Shown: positions 49,055 through 60,325, counted from the stretch's first letter. The stretch: 64,000 nucleotides of DNA from Candidatus Uhrbacteria bacterium (GCA_016844925.1 JAERTI010000038.1:2936-66935), one strand, 5' to 3'. Program-made: numbers and translations. Notes: a model not told the origin generated them from the sequence alone.

Positions 49055-50311
49055 ATGAGTGAAGATGTGTACGACATAATTGTCATAGGGGGTGGACCCT
49101 CTGGCATGATGGCTGCGGGTCGGGCTGGTGAGCTCGGTGCCCGCGTTTTGCTTTTAGAGAAGAATGATCGTCTGGGGAAGAAGTTGAGTATTACGGGGGG
49201 ACGTCGATGTAACATCACCAATGCTGAGTACGACAACCGTTTGTTCCTCGATAGCTTTCCCGAGTCAAAACAGTTTTTGTTCTCACCGTTCTCTCAGTTT
49301 AATGTCGAGAGTACGTTCGAGTTTTTTGAAGAGCGTGGACTGCCGCTCGTTGTCGAAGAGCGTAAGCGCGCCTTCCCTAAGTCGCAGAAGGCGGAGGATG
49401 TGTGTACGACTCTCAAAGAATATGTCGAAGAGAGTGGAAATGTCACGGTGAAGCTGTCTGTGACCGTGGAGTCGTTTGTTCTCGTCGATAAGGAACTCAA
49501 GGGAGTGCGTACATCTGCAGGAGAGTTTCTCGGTTCAAAGATTGTGGTCGCAACCGGTGGGCTCGCTGCGCCTGAGACAGGGTCGACGGGGGAGGGGCTT
49601 TCCATGCTCGCACAGATTGGTCACAAGGTAGACGATCCAGATCCGAACCTGGCACCACTGCGCACATCGTCTAAGTGGGTGCATCAGCTCTCTGGTGTCA
49701 CTGTCGACGATATGACGCTCCGGTTTATGCAAAATGGTAAGACGGCGCACAAGGCGCGTGGGCGATTGTTGTTTACCCACTTTGGCATCTCAGGTCCGCT
49801 CGTGATCAATTCAGCGCATAAAGTAAAAACGTTGCTCAAGCAGGGGGCACTCACCGCATCGGTCGATTTGTTTCCAGATCACGACCTTGGAAGCTTGGAT
49901 ACATTTTTTATCGAGCTGTTTGAGCAGCAGAAAAAGAAGACTCTTAAAAATGTTCTCAAGGAGGTTCTCCAGAAGAAACTTAGTGAGAGTGTTCTGAACA
50001 GGCAGGATTTACGTATTGGCGATCTTCCTGTGCACGAGATTTCACGGGACCAGCGCAAACTCCTTGTGCGTACACTCAAAGACTTAAACTTTCCCATCAC
50101 GGGCACTATGGGGTTTGAGTGGTCGATTGTGGCTGATGGGGGCGTTGAACCTAAGGAGGTGGATTTTCGCTCTATGACCTCTCGATTGTTTCCGAACCTG
50201 TATCTCATTGGTGACACGCTGAACATTAATCGACCCTCAGGAGGGTTCTCGCTCCAGCTTTGTTGGACCACTGGTTGGGTGGCGGGAACGCATGCCGCAC
50301 AGGCAGACTAG
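49055..50311 (+). CDS. HI0933/YhiN-family flavoprotein
   Basis: GGGPSG, GKKLSITGGRRCNITN, LLFTHFGISGP, GGFSLQ. Confidence 0.92.
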   Translation: MSEDVYDIIVIGGGPSGMMAAGRAGELGARVLLLEKNDRLGKKLSITGGRRCNITNAEYDNRLFLDSFPESKQFLFSPFSQFNVESTFEFFEERGLPLVVEERKRAFPKSQKAEDVCTTLKEYVEESGNVTVKLSVTVESFVLVDKELKGVRTSAGEFLGSKIVVATGGLAAPETGSTGEGLSMLAQIGHKVDDPDPNLAPLRTSSKWVHQLSGVTVDDMTLRFMQNGKTAHKARGRLLFTHFGISGPLVINSAHKVKTLLKQGALTASVDLFPDHDLGSLDTFFIELFEQQKKKTLKNVLKEVLQKKLSESVLNRQDLRIGDLPVHEISRDQRKLLVRTLKDLNFPITGTMGFEWSIVADGGVEPKEVDFRSMTSRLFPNLYLIGDTLNINRPSGGFSLQLCWTTGWVAGTHAAQAD

Positions 50312-50316
50312 ATGCT

Positions 50317-52116
50317 ATGCCACATCCACTTCTTGAAGGGCGACAGCTCAGAAAAAAATATGGACTGCAGACCGTGCTCGACGGCCTGTCATTTCTTGTA
50401 ACAGAAAAACAGAAAGTGGCACTCATTGGTCGCAACGGAGCAGGGAAGTCGACATTGTTGAAATTGATTACTGGCGCAGAGCAGCCTGATGGCGGAGAAG
50501 TATTTTTCTACCCGCAGACACGCCTCGGGGTGGTGAAGCAGCATGAGGAGCTTCCTGATGAGGGGACGGTCTTGGAGTATCTCGAGGCAGGGAGCGGGAA
50601 GCAGGAGTGGGAAGTGAAAAAGCAGGCAGCGCAGTTTGGGTTGCAGCAGGGTCATTTAGCGCAGGTACCAGCGAGTCTCTCTGGTGGATATCAGATGCGT
50701 GTGAAGCTGGTGGCGATGTTGCTTGAAGACCCGAATCTTTTGCTGCTCGATGAGCCGGTCAACTATCTGGACCTGCAGACATTGATTCTTCTTGAGCGGT
50801 TCCTGCAGTCTTATAAGGGAAGCTTTATTATCGCCGCGCACGACCGGACGTTTTTGCAGAATACGTGTACACACACGTTTGAGATCGAGCGAGCTGGTCT
50901 GACGAGCTATAAGGGGTCGGTGCAAGAGTATTTGGAATTCAAAGAGCAGCAGCGTGAGTATGAACTGAGTGCGAATAAAAAACTGGCGAAGGAAATTGCG
51001 CACCAGCAGAAATTCGTCGATCGGTTTCGCTATAAGGCATCGTTGGCTACACGTGCACAGAGCAAGATTAAGCACATCACCAAGCTGCGCAACAAGATTA
51101 CAGCGATCGATGCGGCGCTCGCGACCGTCTCGATGACGATCCCGTCACCACGCGTCGTTGCGGGTACGGCGATACGGGTCGAGGGATTAACGATTGGGTA
51201 CGGCGACCTGGTGATTGCGGATGGCATTGATTTTGAAATTCAGCGCGGTGACAAGATTGTGATTGCCGGAGAGAACGGCCGAGGAAAGTCGACACTTCTT
51301 AAGACCCTCGCAGGTCGTATCGAATCTTTGAGTGGGAGTTATAAATGGTGGCATCGTGCAGACATTGGGTATTACGATCAAAAGACCGAGGCGACGCTCA
51401 AACCATCGGAGACCGTGCTCCAGCACCTCACGCGCTTGGCACCGGCTGATGCTTCGGGGGAGCGGATTCTCATGATGGCAGGGAACTTCTTGTTCAAGGG
51501 AGATGATCTCGACAAGTCCACGAGTGTGCTTTCGGGAGGAGAGCGCGCACGGCTGTGTCTTGCGGGAGTGCTTCTGCACGAGCATAACGTCTTGCTACTA
51601 GATGAGCCGACCAACCACTTGGACGTCGAGACAACAGAAGCACTGGCGTTGGCTCTGAGCAAGTACGAGGGGACCGTGATTTTTGTCTCTCACGCTCGGA
51701 CGTTTGTGAATACGCTCGCGGAAAAGATTTTTGAAGTGCGCAACGGAACCGTGAGGAGATACATGGGGACGTATGAGGAGTACGTCGAAGACCTTGCCGC
51801 GCTTACAAGTGCATCGACAAAAGAGGAGGCCCAGGTGGAGCAGGGGGCTAAGGAGATGAATGCCGCCCAACGCGCCGAGTATCAGACACGGGTGAAAGAA
51901 CACCAGCGTTCACAAGAGAGGATTGATAAGAAGATGAAAAAACTTGATGGGGAGAAGAGTGAGATCCTGGCGTACTTCTTTGAGAACCCAACGGACTACG
52001 CGCCCGTGAAGGCCCAGCGTTTGAGTGAACTTGATCAGCAGATTGAAGCGTTGGAGCTGGCTTGGGTGGAGGATCAGGAGTCCATCGATGAGTTACGAAT
52101 AAAATTGAATCATTAG
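50317..52116 (+). CDS. ABC-F family ATPase
   Basis: Two Walker A/LSGG/LLLDEP sets, no TM, coiled-coil tail. Confidence 0.93.
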   Translation: MPHPLLEGRQLRKKYGLQTVLDGLSFLVTEKQKVALIGRNGAGKSTLLKLITGAEQPDGGEVFFYPQTRLGVVKQHEELPDEGTVLEYLEAGSGKQEWEVKKQAAQFGLQQGHLAQVPASLSGGYQMRVKLVAMLLEDPNLLLLDEPVNYLDLQTLILLERFLQSYKGSFIIAAHDRTFLQNTCTHTFEIERAGLTSYKGSVQEYLEFKEQQREYELSANKKLAKEIAHQQKFVDRFRYKASLATRAQSKIKHITKLRNKITAIDAALATVSMTIPSPRVVAGTAIRVEGLTIGYGDLVIADGIDFEIQRGDKIVIAGENGRGKSTLLKTLAGRIESLSGSYKWWHRADIGYYDQKTEATLKPSETVLQHLTRLAPADASGERILMMAGNFLFKGDDLDKSTSVLSGGERARLCLAGVLLHEHNVLLLDEPTNHLDVETTEALALALSKYEGTVIFVSHARTFVNTLAEKIFEVRNGTVRRYMGTYEEYVEDLAALTSASTKEEAQVEQGAKEMNAAQRAEYQTRVKEHQRSQERIDKKMKKLDGEKSEILAYFFENPTDYAPVKAQRLSELDQQIEALELAWVEDQESIDELRIKLNH

Positions 52117-52118
52117 AT

Positions 52119-53069
52119 ATGGCAGAGAAAAAAATACCCGTGACGTTAATCACCGGTTTCTTGGGAGCGGGGAAGACAACCTTGTTGAATAATTTACTTA
52201 CACAGCTCCATGACGAAAAAGTCGCGGTGATTGTGAATGAGTTTGGGGAGGTGGGGATTGATGACAAGTTGATCCTACGTACCGATGAGGAGATTATTGA
52301 GATGAACAACGGAGCCATTTGTTGCGCGGTACGGACGGACACAGTGAAGGTGCTCTTGAAGCTGACTGAGCGCAAGGATCTTTCGTTTGATCGTGTCATT
52401 ATCGAAACAACAGGTTTGGCAAATCCGATTCCTATTGCGCGCGCATTCCTCGATAAGCCTGCACTGGCAGAGCGCTACGAGATCGATGCCATTGTCACGA
52501 TGGTGGATGCCTCGCAGATCGCGCAGCAACTCAAGACGACTCCTGAGGCGAAGATGCAGATTGCTTCTGCGGATATTGTCTTGCTGAACAAGATTGATCT
52601 AACGGATGAGAGAACGGTTGCGATCGCGAAGCACGACATTAAGCGCATCAATCCACTTGCGACGATTCATCAGACAACGAAGTCGGACCTTACCCTAGAG
52701 ACACTACTGGAGGCGCAGCGCGACCAGACGTTTGTGCGTGAGTATACAACTGATGGAGAAGAGCATGGGCACGACAGTGACGTAACGAGTTTTGTGCTTA
52801 CCGCAGAGCAGCCTCTCGATTTAGAAAAAGTCGGTCGATGGATTGGGGAGTATGTCTTGCTTAACAGCGAGAACCTGCTGCGCTATAAGGGGTTGTTGAG
52901 CATCAAGGGGATGGACGAGCGGTTCGTGTTCCAGGGGGTGCATGAACATTTTGAGAACCGAAAGGATCGACCCTGGGGGGATGATCTGCGACTGAGTCAG
53001 GTGGTGATTATTGGAAAGGGTCTGGATCAAGCAGCCTTTGAAGAATCATTTGCACAGCTGATTTCTTGA
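52119..53069 (+). CDS. CobW/YjiA-family GTPase
   Basis: GFLGAGKTT, NEFGE, GAICC, ETTGLA, NKID. Confidence 0.93.
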   Translation: MAEKKIPVTLITGFLGAGKTTLLNNLLTQLHDEKVAVIVNEFGEVGIDDKLILRTDEEIIEMNNGAICCAVRTDTVKVLLKLTERKDLSFDRVIIETTGLANPIPIARAFLDKPALAERYEIDAIVTMVDASQIAQQLKTTPEAKMQIASADIVLLNKIDLTDERTVAIAKHDIKRINPLATIHQTTKSDLTLETLLEAQRDQTFVREYTTDGEEHGHDSDVTSFVLTAEQPLDLEKVGRWIGEYVLLNSENLLRYKGLLSIKGMDERFVFQGVHEHFENRKDRPWGDDLRLSQVVIIGKGLDQAAFEESFAQLIS

Positions 53070-53167
53070 CGAGGAAACTGCCGTCTGATTGCGGCGGTTT
53101 TGTTATACTGGGCTCTAAAGCATAAGAAACTCGATTCCATTTTGGGTCGTAACTAGCGTGAGATTAC

Positions 53168-54172
53168 ATGTCGACACTTTTAGAAAAAGCCGTGAAGAAC
53201 CTCGGGGATACCGTTACGCACGCGATTGAATTTACCTCTGATGCGCGAGCCGTGGTGGTGTATGACGATGATTCGGTTCTGTCGAAGACGCTCACGCAGG
53301 CGTACGGACAGGTTCTTCCAGAACAGACGTTTTTGTTGTTTAGGGATCTTGGAGCGGAAGACATCATGAAACAGATCGAAGCCCTCTCACCAGGGGATCT
53401 TGTTATTCTTGTGCAGTCCACAAACTTCCGTCTGAACGAGTTCCGGATTCGTATTGAGTTGTTTAAACGAGGGCTCAAGACTATCGAACACGCGCATCTC
53501 GACAGGTTTGATGAGGATCAGCTCGAGCGCTACATCGATACGCTTGCGTACGATCCTGACTACTATCGTCCACTCGGCCACGCACTCAAGAAGCGCGTCG
53601 ATGCGTGCAAAAAGATTACCGTGACATGTCCAGGGACGACGCTTGTTTACGACAGTCCTTTTGAAGAAGCACGTCTCAACATCGGCGACTACTCGCAGAT
53701 GAAAAACGTCGGTGGGACGTTTCCTATCGGGGAAGTGTTCTCCGAGCCGGCAGATCTCTCTCAGGTCAACGGTGAGGTTCGCATCTTTGCGTATCCAGGA
53801 AAGGATCATATTCTCCGCGAGTGTGAACCGTTCACAGCGCTGATTAAAGATGGAATCCTTTCGGCACCAGATGGCCCTGAGGGGTTCAAGGAGATGCTTG
53901 AGATGATCGAAGAAAAATCACCCGTGCATGTTCGTGAATTTGGTCTCGGACTGAATCCTGCGATCGGCAAGGGGAGAATCATTAACGATGTGACGGCGTT
54001 TGAGCGCATGAGAGGCCTTCATCTTTCACTTGGGTCAAAGCATTCCATTTATAAAAAGCCAGGACTCCCTCGTAAGGCAGCTGGATATCATATTGATGTC
54101 TTTCTTGATCTCGAGCAGATCAAGATTGATGACGAGGTAGTATTTGAGAACGATCGGTATACGGTGTCGTAG
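53168..54172 (+). CDS. M29-like aminopeptidase
   Basis: FPIGEVF, EFGLGLN, ER..GLHLSLG, HID. Confidence 0.7.
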   Translation: MSTLLEKAVKNLGDTVTHAIEFTSDARAVVVYDDDSVLSKTLTQAYGQVLPEQTFLLFRDLGAEDIMKQIEALSPGDLVILVQSTNFRLNEFRIRIELFKRGLKTIEHAHLDRFDEDQLERYIDTLAYDPDYYRPLGHALKKRVDACKKITVTCPGTTLVYDSPFEEARLNIGDYSQMKNVGGTFPIGEVFSEPADLSQVNGEVRIFAYPGKDHILRECEPFTALIKDGILSAPDGPEGFKEMLEMIEEKSPVHVREFGLGLNPAIGKGRIINDVTAFERMRGLHLSLGSKHSIYKKPGLPRKAAGYHIDVFLDLEQIKIDDEVVFENDRYTVS

Positions 54173-54175
54173 TGT

Positions 54176-55471
54176 ATGAAAAAGAAGTTGAAGCTTACAA
54201 AAGAGTTCAAGGCTGCCTTCAAGGCGATGAACGAGACGGATGACGATATTTTTCTGACAGGACGTGCTGGAACAGGGAAGTCCACGCTCCTGAAATACTT
54301 TCGTAAGAACACAAAAAAGAAACACGTGGTATTGGCACCAACGGGTGTAGCAGCGTTGAATGTGAAAGGCCAAACGATTCATTCGTTTTTTGGATTTCAT
54401 CCAGCCATCACTCCCGCTAGGGTGCGGAAGGCCGATCCGGATTCCCTAGCGATCTTCAAGGCGATCGAGACGATTGTGATTGATGAGATCTCCATGGTGC
54501 GGGCGGACCTGCTTGATTGTGTTGATCGTGCGCTGCGACTCAATCGTGAGCGACCCAAGGAGCCGTTTGGTGGGGTGCAGATGATTTTCATCGGTGACCT
54601 CTATCAGTTGCCGCCAGTGGTAACACGTGACGATGCACATCGATTCCAGACGGAGTACACGTCTCCGTATTTTTTCTCCGCTGATGCCATGCGTGGCACC
54701 CCGATCAAGATTATTGAGTTGCAGAAGGTGCATCGTCAAAAGGAGCAGTCGTTTGTCGACCTGCTTGAGAAGCTGCGTACAGGAGCTCTAGATGCGGACG
54801 ATGTCGAGGCGTGGAATCAGCGTCACGATCCGTACTTTGATCCTCGTGAGGAGTCAGATGTGATTCATCTGACAACCACCAACAAGATGGCAAAGCAACG
54901 AAATGATTATGAAATGAAGTGTCTTGAGGGGAAGGAGTGGAAGCTTCAGGCGCGAACGGAAGGTCATCTGCCAGATCGTCGCATGCCATCGGAGCCGACG
55001 ATTATTCTCAAAGAGGGGGCCAGGGTCATGTTCACTATGAATGATCCGGCAAAGCGCTGGGTCAACGGAAGTCTTGGAACGGTTGTCCGTATTAAAAAGA
55101 TTGGGCTATCAAAATTTCCCGATGTCACCGTGGAGCTTGAGGACGGGAAAGAGGTTGAGGTGAAGCCACACAAATGGGAGCTCTTTGAATATGGATCGGA
55201 TGGGGGAGACATCGAGGAAGAGATTACGGGATCATACACACAGTATCCGATTGCTCTGGCATGGGCGGTAACGATTCATAAGGGACAGGGGAAGACCTTT
55301 AAGCGTGTTCTCGTTGATGTAGGGTGGGGAGCATTCGCTCATGGTCAGATGTACGTAGCCCTGAGTCGTTGCACGACGTTTAAAGGATTAGTCTTGCTCA
55401 AACCGTTTCGGGTGAAGGATGTGATCCTGGATCAGGCGGTTGTTGATTTTATGAACATGGCCTCTATATGA
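54176..55471 (+). CDS. Pif1-family helicase
   Basis: GRAGTGKS, DEISM, GDLYQLPPV, TIHKGQG, YVALSR. Confidence 0.92.
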   Translation: MKKKLKLTKEFKAAFKAMNETDDDIFLTGRAGTGKSTLLKYFRKNTKKKHVVLAPTGVAALNVKGQTIHSFFGFHPAITPARVRKADPDSLAIFKAIETIVIDEISMVRADLLDCVDRALRLNRERPKEPFGGVQMIFIGDLYQLPPVVTRDDAHRFQTEYTSPYFFSADAMRGTPIKIIELQKVHRQKEQSFVDLLEKLRTGALDADDVEAWNQRHDPYFDPREESDVIHLTTTNKMAKQRNDYEMKCLEGKEWKLQARTEGHLPDRRMPSEPTIILKEGARVMFTMNDPAKRWVNGSLGTVVRIKKIGLSKFPDVTVELEDGKEVEVKPHKWELFEYGSDGGDIEEEITGSYTQYPIALAWAVTIHKGQGKTFKRVLVDVGWGAFAHGQMYVALSRCTTFKGLVLLKPFRVKDVILDQAVVDFMNMASI

Positions 55472-56016
55472 AGAAGGTTGAGCTCTATAGACACTCGATA
55501 AAACTAGGGCATGGTGATTGTGATCTGAGTCCGGAGGGGATTGAGAAGGCCATGGCCATGGGCAGAGAACTCCTCCGGGGGAAGGGCTATACGCACCTCT
55601 ATGTAAGTCCGCTCATTCGAACAACGGAAACGATTAATGCGTTTGCGCTCGGAGCTGGTGATTTTCCTGATGTGACCCTCCAGGAGTTCCCACCCCATGT
55701 GACTGTCTCAACCAGTCAGGAGGCTATGCGTCTTTGGACGGGGGTCTGTCATCGAGCGGAAGCTCATGGAACCGACATGCTTCAAGCTGTCCTTGAACAA
55801 GAGGCTGAGGTGGGTCAGGTGGTGGCAGCCGAGGCGGCCAAGGCATTTGTCTTGTGGCTTAAAGATTTGCCCGAGGAGGCACATGCGCTCGTCGTGGGGC
55901 ACAGTCCATTTCTTGAGTTGATGATTTACGGGCTGTTCAACAAACAGTTAACACAGTTTCAGCCCTGTGATGGTGCTTGCATCACGTTTAATGACGGGGT
56001 GTTGTCCCTTGAGTAA
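55468..56016 (+). CDS. Histidine phosphatase family protein
   Basis: RHS, LSPEG, SPLIRT, VVGH. Confidence 0.8.
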   Translation: MKKVELYRHSIKLGHGDCDLSPEGIEKAMAMGRELLRGKGYTHLYVSPLIRTTETINAFALGAGDFPDVTLQEFPPHVTVSTSQEAMRLWTGVCHRAEAHGTDMLQAVLEQEAEVGQVVAAEAAKAFVLWLKDLPEEAHALVVGHSPFLELMIYGLFNKQLTQFQPCDGACITFNDGVLSLE

Positions 56017-56058
56017 ACAAAACCAAAACCACCGGTCAGGCCGGTGGTTTTTTGATGG

Positions 56059-57873
56059 CTATTTCTTTGGGTTGTTGCGCTTGCGTTCGCTCTCGGTCAA
56101 AAACTTCTTTCGGATGCGGACGTTCTGCGGGGTGATCTCTGCGTACTCATCGTCCTCGATGTATTCGAGGGCGCGCTCGAGGGTCATCTCAAGCGGTGGG
56201 GTGAGGTTGATGGCAGCATCGGCTCCACTGGAGCGCATGTTGGTGAGCTGCTTTCCCTTTGTTGGGTTCACAACCAGAGATCCCTTTGAGCTGGTTCCGA
56301 TCACCATGCCCTCATAGACATCTACGGCAGCACCGATGAACAAGGTTCCTCGTGTCTGCAGGTTGTCGAGTGAGTAGGCGCTGGTCTTTCCCTGGAATCC
56401 AGAGATCATCGAGCCGTTTGCACGTCGCTCAATGGCTCCCTTGAAGGGGCCGTATTCAGCAAAGATGTGAGAGAGTGTTCCTTCTCCTCGAGTGGCGGTG
56501 ACGAATTCCATGCGGAAGCCGAGCAGGCCACGTGTTGGGATGAGGTACTCAAGTCGGGTTGAACCGTTTTCGCTGTTCATGCCCAGCATCTCACCTTTAC
56601 GGACACCGAGTTTTTCGATCACGACTCCGGCGAGTTCGTCTGGGACGTCGATGACAACGTTCTCATACGGTTCCAAGACCTTTCCATTTTCTTCTTTCAA
56701 AATAACCTGTGGCTGACTCACTTGGAGTTCGTACCCCTCACGGCGCATGGTTTCGATCAATACGGAAAGGTGCATTTCTCCACGTCCGTGCACTTTGAAC
56801 GCGTCAGAGTTTTCTGAGAACTCCACGTGCAGTCCAACGTTGGTCTGTAGCTCTCGCTCAAGGCGCTCACGAATCTGTCGTGACGTTACGAGTGATCCTT
56901 CCTTTCCGGCGAACGGAGAGTTGTTCACCAGGAAGTCCATGGTCAGGGTTGGGGGATCAATGTGAATGGATGGGAGTGCCTCTGCGTCCGGATCCTCAGC
57001 AACCGTCTCTCCTACATCGATGTTTGGAATACCGGCGATGGACACAATATCTCCAGCGACAGCCTCGTTCACCTCGACTTTCTTTAGGCCCTCCGTAGAG
57101 AGGATTTTTGTAATCTTGTGTTTCTCACGACCGCCGTTTTGAGTAATGACCGTCACAGGCATGCCGACCTTTACCGTTCCTTCGTACACACGACCCAAGG
57201 CCATGCGTCCAACGAAATCATCGTAGGCAAGGTTCACGGGCTGCAGGCGCATCTTCTCATCTGGCTTGCTATCAGCGGGTGGAACGGTCTCGAGGATCAG
57301 GTCGAATAGTGGCTGTAAGTCTGTACTCTCGTCGCCAAGTTCTTTCATGGCGATACCGTCTCGAGCGTTTGTGTAGATGTGTTTGAAATCGAGTTGCTCA
57401 TCTGTGGCACCAAGCTCTGAGAAAAGATCGAACGTCATATCGAGTACAGCATCCGGACGAGCGGACGGCTTGTCGATTTTGTTGATGACCAAAATAGGCT
57501 TGAGCCCGAGCTCGAGCGACTTGCGCAGCACAAACTTTGTCTGTGGCATGGGTCCCTCGTAAGCATCGACGAGCAGAAGCACACTGTCGACCATTCGTAG
57601 GACGCGCTCAACTTCTGAACCGAAGTCGGCGTGACCTGGAGTGTCGACAATGTTCACCTTTACATCGTCCAGACGAATAGAAGTCGTCTTGGCGTAAATG
57701 GTGATGCCGCGCTCTTTCTCTTGGTCGTTGCTGTCCATCACACGCTCCTCAACGATTTCGCGTTCAGTAAACGTACCAGACTGTTTGAGCATGGCATCAA
57801 CGAGCGTTGTCTTTCCGTGATCAACGTGAGCAATAATGGCGATGTTTCGAAAATTCACAATGGTGTTATTCAT
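56059..57873 (-). CDS. typA: Translational GTPase TypA/BipA
   Basis: AHVDHGKTT, DTPGHADF, GRGEMHL, KQLTNMR. Confidence 0.97.
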   Translation of the reverse strand: MNNTIVNFRNIAIIAHVDHGKTTLVDAMLKQSGTFTEREIVEERVMDSNDQEKERGITIYAKTTSIRLDDVKVNIVDTPGHADFGSEVERVLRMVDSVLLLVDAYEGPMPQTKFVLRKSLELGLKPILVINKIDKPSARPDAVLDMTFDLFSELGATDEQLDFKHIYTNARDGIAMKELGDESTDLQPLFDLILETVPPADSKPDEKMRLQPVNLAYDDFVGRMALGRVYEGTVKVGMPVTVITQNGGREKHKITKILSTEGLKKVEVNEAVAGDIVSIAGIPNIDVGETVAEDPDAEALPSIHIDPPTLTMDFLVNNSPFAGKEGSLVTSRQIRERLERELQTNVGLHVEFSENSDAFKVHGRGEMHLSVLIETMRREGYELQVSQPQVILKEENGKVLEPYENVVIDVPDELAGVVIEKLGVRKGEMLGMNSENGSTRLEYLIPTRGLLGFRMEFVTATRGEGTLSHIFAEYGPFKGAIERRANGSMISGFQGKTSAYSLDNLQTRGTLFIGAAVDVYEGMVIGTSSKGSLVVNPTKGKQLTNMRSSGADAAINLTPPLEMTLERALEYIEDDEYAEITPQNVRIRKKFLTESERKRNNPKK

Positions 57874-58018
57874 GAGTCAGAACGCGCGGAGTATAGGCTT
57901 TGAGGGGCGTTTTGTCAATCATTGAACAGACGATTTCTCTCTTTGAATTTTATTGTGTGGCAACAGGGGAGCGTTGTTTTCAGAGAGATGATATCCTTAG
58001 TGATAGAAAAACACTCCT

Positions 58019-58975
58019 ATGAAATACATTTTCCTGCTCCTTACGATTTTTCCGCTTCCTGCACTGGCGCACGTTGAATACGTCCTCGATGACGACACGT
58101 TTACAGATCACGCGGGTTCTGATGTGCCTTTTTTACTCGAGGCCGTAACGGATGTTGGTGCATGGGCACTCATCTTGCTCTCGTTGTTGGCAGGGGCTCT
58201 TGTGTATGTTTTAGCGAGTCGTTCAAAGATCGTTCAGGAGGAGCATGAGCATATTAATGAGTGTCGTAAGCACTACGAAGATTATTTCCCTTGGATGGCT
58301 CGTCTTGCCATCGGAATTTCGCTCATTGGTGCGGGGTCTTCTGGGGCGTTTATTTCACCTGCGTTTGAGGCGGTTTCATGGGTTGGAGATCTCCAGATAC
58401 TCTTAGGGTTCATGGTGCTTGTTGGATTTTTGTTGAGTCCAGTGATGTTAGCAGTAGCGTTTTTGTATCTGCTCGCACTTGTCCTCGATCCTTATGCGAT
58501 AGGGAACTTGGACCTCTTGGCACTGGTAGTCATGTTCATGATGTACGGCAGCACTCGTCCAGGTGCCGATGATCTTCTGGAGATTCCTTTTGTTTCTCCG
58601 CTAAAGAAGTTTAAAGCGTATGCTCCGTTTGTCTTACGTGTGGGGATTGGCGTCGCGATGATCTACCTCGCGCTTTGGGAGAAGTTGCTTAATCCTCATA
58701 CGGCCGAACTCGTCGTTCAGAATTATGAGCTCACATCCGTTGTTCCCGTGAGTGCTGCTGCCTGGGTGTTTTGGGCGGGATTCGTTGAGCTGTTTATTGG
58801 AGTCTGTCTGCTGTTAGGGGTTCGCGTGCGAACCATGAGTCTTATTGCCTTTTTGGTGCTTAGTCTTTCGTTCTTCTATTTTGGTGAAGAAGTGTATTCA
58901 CACATTACGCTCTTCACCGTGCTGTCGATCTTGTTTGTTGTGGGTCCTGAAAAGTGGAAGCCTTCGATTAAGTAA
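58019..58975 (+). CDS. DoxX-family membrane protein
   Basis: Multiple TMs; LRVGIG...EKLLNP...ELFIG. Confidence 0.75.
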   Translation: MKYIFLLLTIFPLPALAHVEYVLDDDTFTDHAGSDVPFLLEAVTDVGAWALILLSLLAGALVYVLASRSKIVQEEHEHINECRKHYEDYFPWMARLAIGISLIGAGSSGAFISPAFEAVSWVGDLQILLGFMVLVGFLLSPVMLAVAFLYLLALVLDPYAIGNLDLLALVVMFMMYGSTRPGADDLLEIPFVSPLKKFKAYAPFVLRVGIGVAMIYLALWEKLLNPHTAELVVQNYELTSVVPVSAAAWVFWAGFVELFIGVCLLLGVRVRTMSLIAFLVLSLSFFYFGEEVYSHITLFTVLSILFVVGPEKWKPSIK

Positions 58976-59019
58976 TGGATTAAAAAACTATCAGTTTGCG
59001 CTGATAGTTTTTTCGTTGA

Positions 59020-59499
59020 CTAGTTTTCTGTTCGCTTGAGATCTTCTAATTGCATGAGGATCGGTCCATCACTTCCTCCTCCTTCGAGTTTAAAGACTTC
59101 TTTAAAACGTTTCTGGTCTCCGGCTTGGCTGTGTGGTCGAACGCGCAGGGTTCCGTCTGAGTGTGTGATGAAATAGACTTCTTGAATTCCCTCTATCCAG
59201 GTGTTCAGGGTTCCACGGGTTCCGCTATCTATCCGATCGAAAAAGTCATTCCATTCTTTTTCTACAACGCGACCTTGTTCATATTGCGAGCTTCCTGGTC
59301 GGCCCAACATGCTTGTTGAGGCAGCGGCAAGAACCGCTTTCATTTCTTCAAGATCTCGTGAGGCCAGAGCATTTGCCACAAGGTCTCGTGCTCCTTTTTC
59401 TTTGATGATCTCACGAAGTTCTCCTACGTGGGCCATGATTTCTCTTTGTCTTTCCAGGCGCGCTGCCTCCTCAGCTCCTGGGTCAAGTGTGTCTCGCAT
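59020..59499 (-). CDS. Hypothetical protein
   Basis: ORF from ATG 59499, native-type codon usage. Confidence 0.6.
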   Translation of the reverse strand: MRDTLDPGAEEAARLERQREIMAHVGELREIIKEKGARDLVANALASRDLEEMKAVLAAASTSMLGRPGSSQYEQGRVVEKEWNDFFDRIDSGTRGTLNTWIEGIQEVYFITHSDGTLRVRPHSQAGDQKRFKEVFKLEGGGSDGPILMQLEDLKRTEN

Positions 59500-59577
59500 A
59501 ATGTGGATTAATGAATTTGATTCAAGTGTAGCAGCAAATAAAAAATGCTCCAACGAGGTGTTGGAGCGTGCTCACGT

Positions 59578-60225
59578 TCAGAGCAGTTGAGGGAGGATGT
59601 CCGGGAGCTCGGTGAGGCTCCGGATGTGGAACTGGGCATCGTGGCTGCGCTGGAACTCTTCGCTGCGCAGGATCTGGATGCGATGGACGTTGGGGTGGGC
59701 GAGTGCTTCGCGGTGCTCCACCGGGTTGTCATCGATCAGCACAACGGTCGCGCTACGGCCGAGCTTCTTGGTGATGAGCCGTGCCTTGCGGCCAGACTGG
59801 CTCGTCACCATGATGGGCCCCATCTTGTCGGTGGGGAACGGCACCGAGCCGAACTTCCTCGACTGGAAGGTTCCCTCACCAAAGGTGGCCACACAGACAC
59901 ACTCCACGATCTCGCTGCGCGCGAACAGGTTCATGCTCGTGGCAACGTCCTCGTAGAGCGCGTGTCCGTCGGAGATCCACTGGTAGAAGATCTGGATGGC
60001 CGCATGCAGAGGCTCGAGTGCCTCGCTCGGCGGTTCCAGTTCCCACAGGTGGAGTTCGGGCGAGTAGACCTTGCCCGCAGTGGACCAGAGTCGGGCACCA
60101 GCTTCGCGGATCAACTCGGCGTCGGTGCCGAGGATCTTGCTCCAGGTTTCGCACATGGCGTTCCAGCCTTCGAAGACATTCACGAGGGTGAAGTCCAGGT
60201 CAAAGGCCAAGGTAAGTCTGCTCAT
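59578..60225 (-). CDS. HAD-superfamily hydrolase-like protein
   Basis: FDLDFTL, K, IDDNP; GAAGGAG SD; TTGACC-N17-TAGACT at 60247..60275. Confidence 0.8.
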   Translation of the reverse strand: MSRLTLAFDLDFTLVNVFEGWNAMCETWSKILGTDAELIREAGARLWSTAGKVYSPELHLWELEPPSEALEPLHAAIQIFYQWISDGHALYEDVATSMNLFARSEIVECVCVATFGEGTFQSRKFGSVPFPTDKMGPIMVTSQSGRKARLITKKLGRSATVVLIDDNPVEHREALAHPNVHRIQILRSEEFQRSHDAQFHIRSLTELPDILPQLL

Positions 60226-60325
60226 TCGCTCATCTCCTTCGTGGGGAGTCTAGGAGAAGTTGTGGGTGAGGTCAATGCGTCATGGGCCTAGTGTTGGGGT
60301 TTAGAAATAGGTACCATGCAGACAT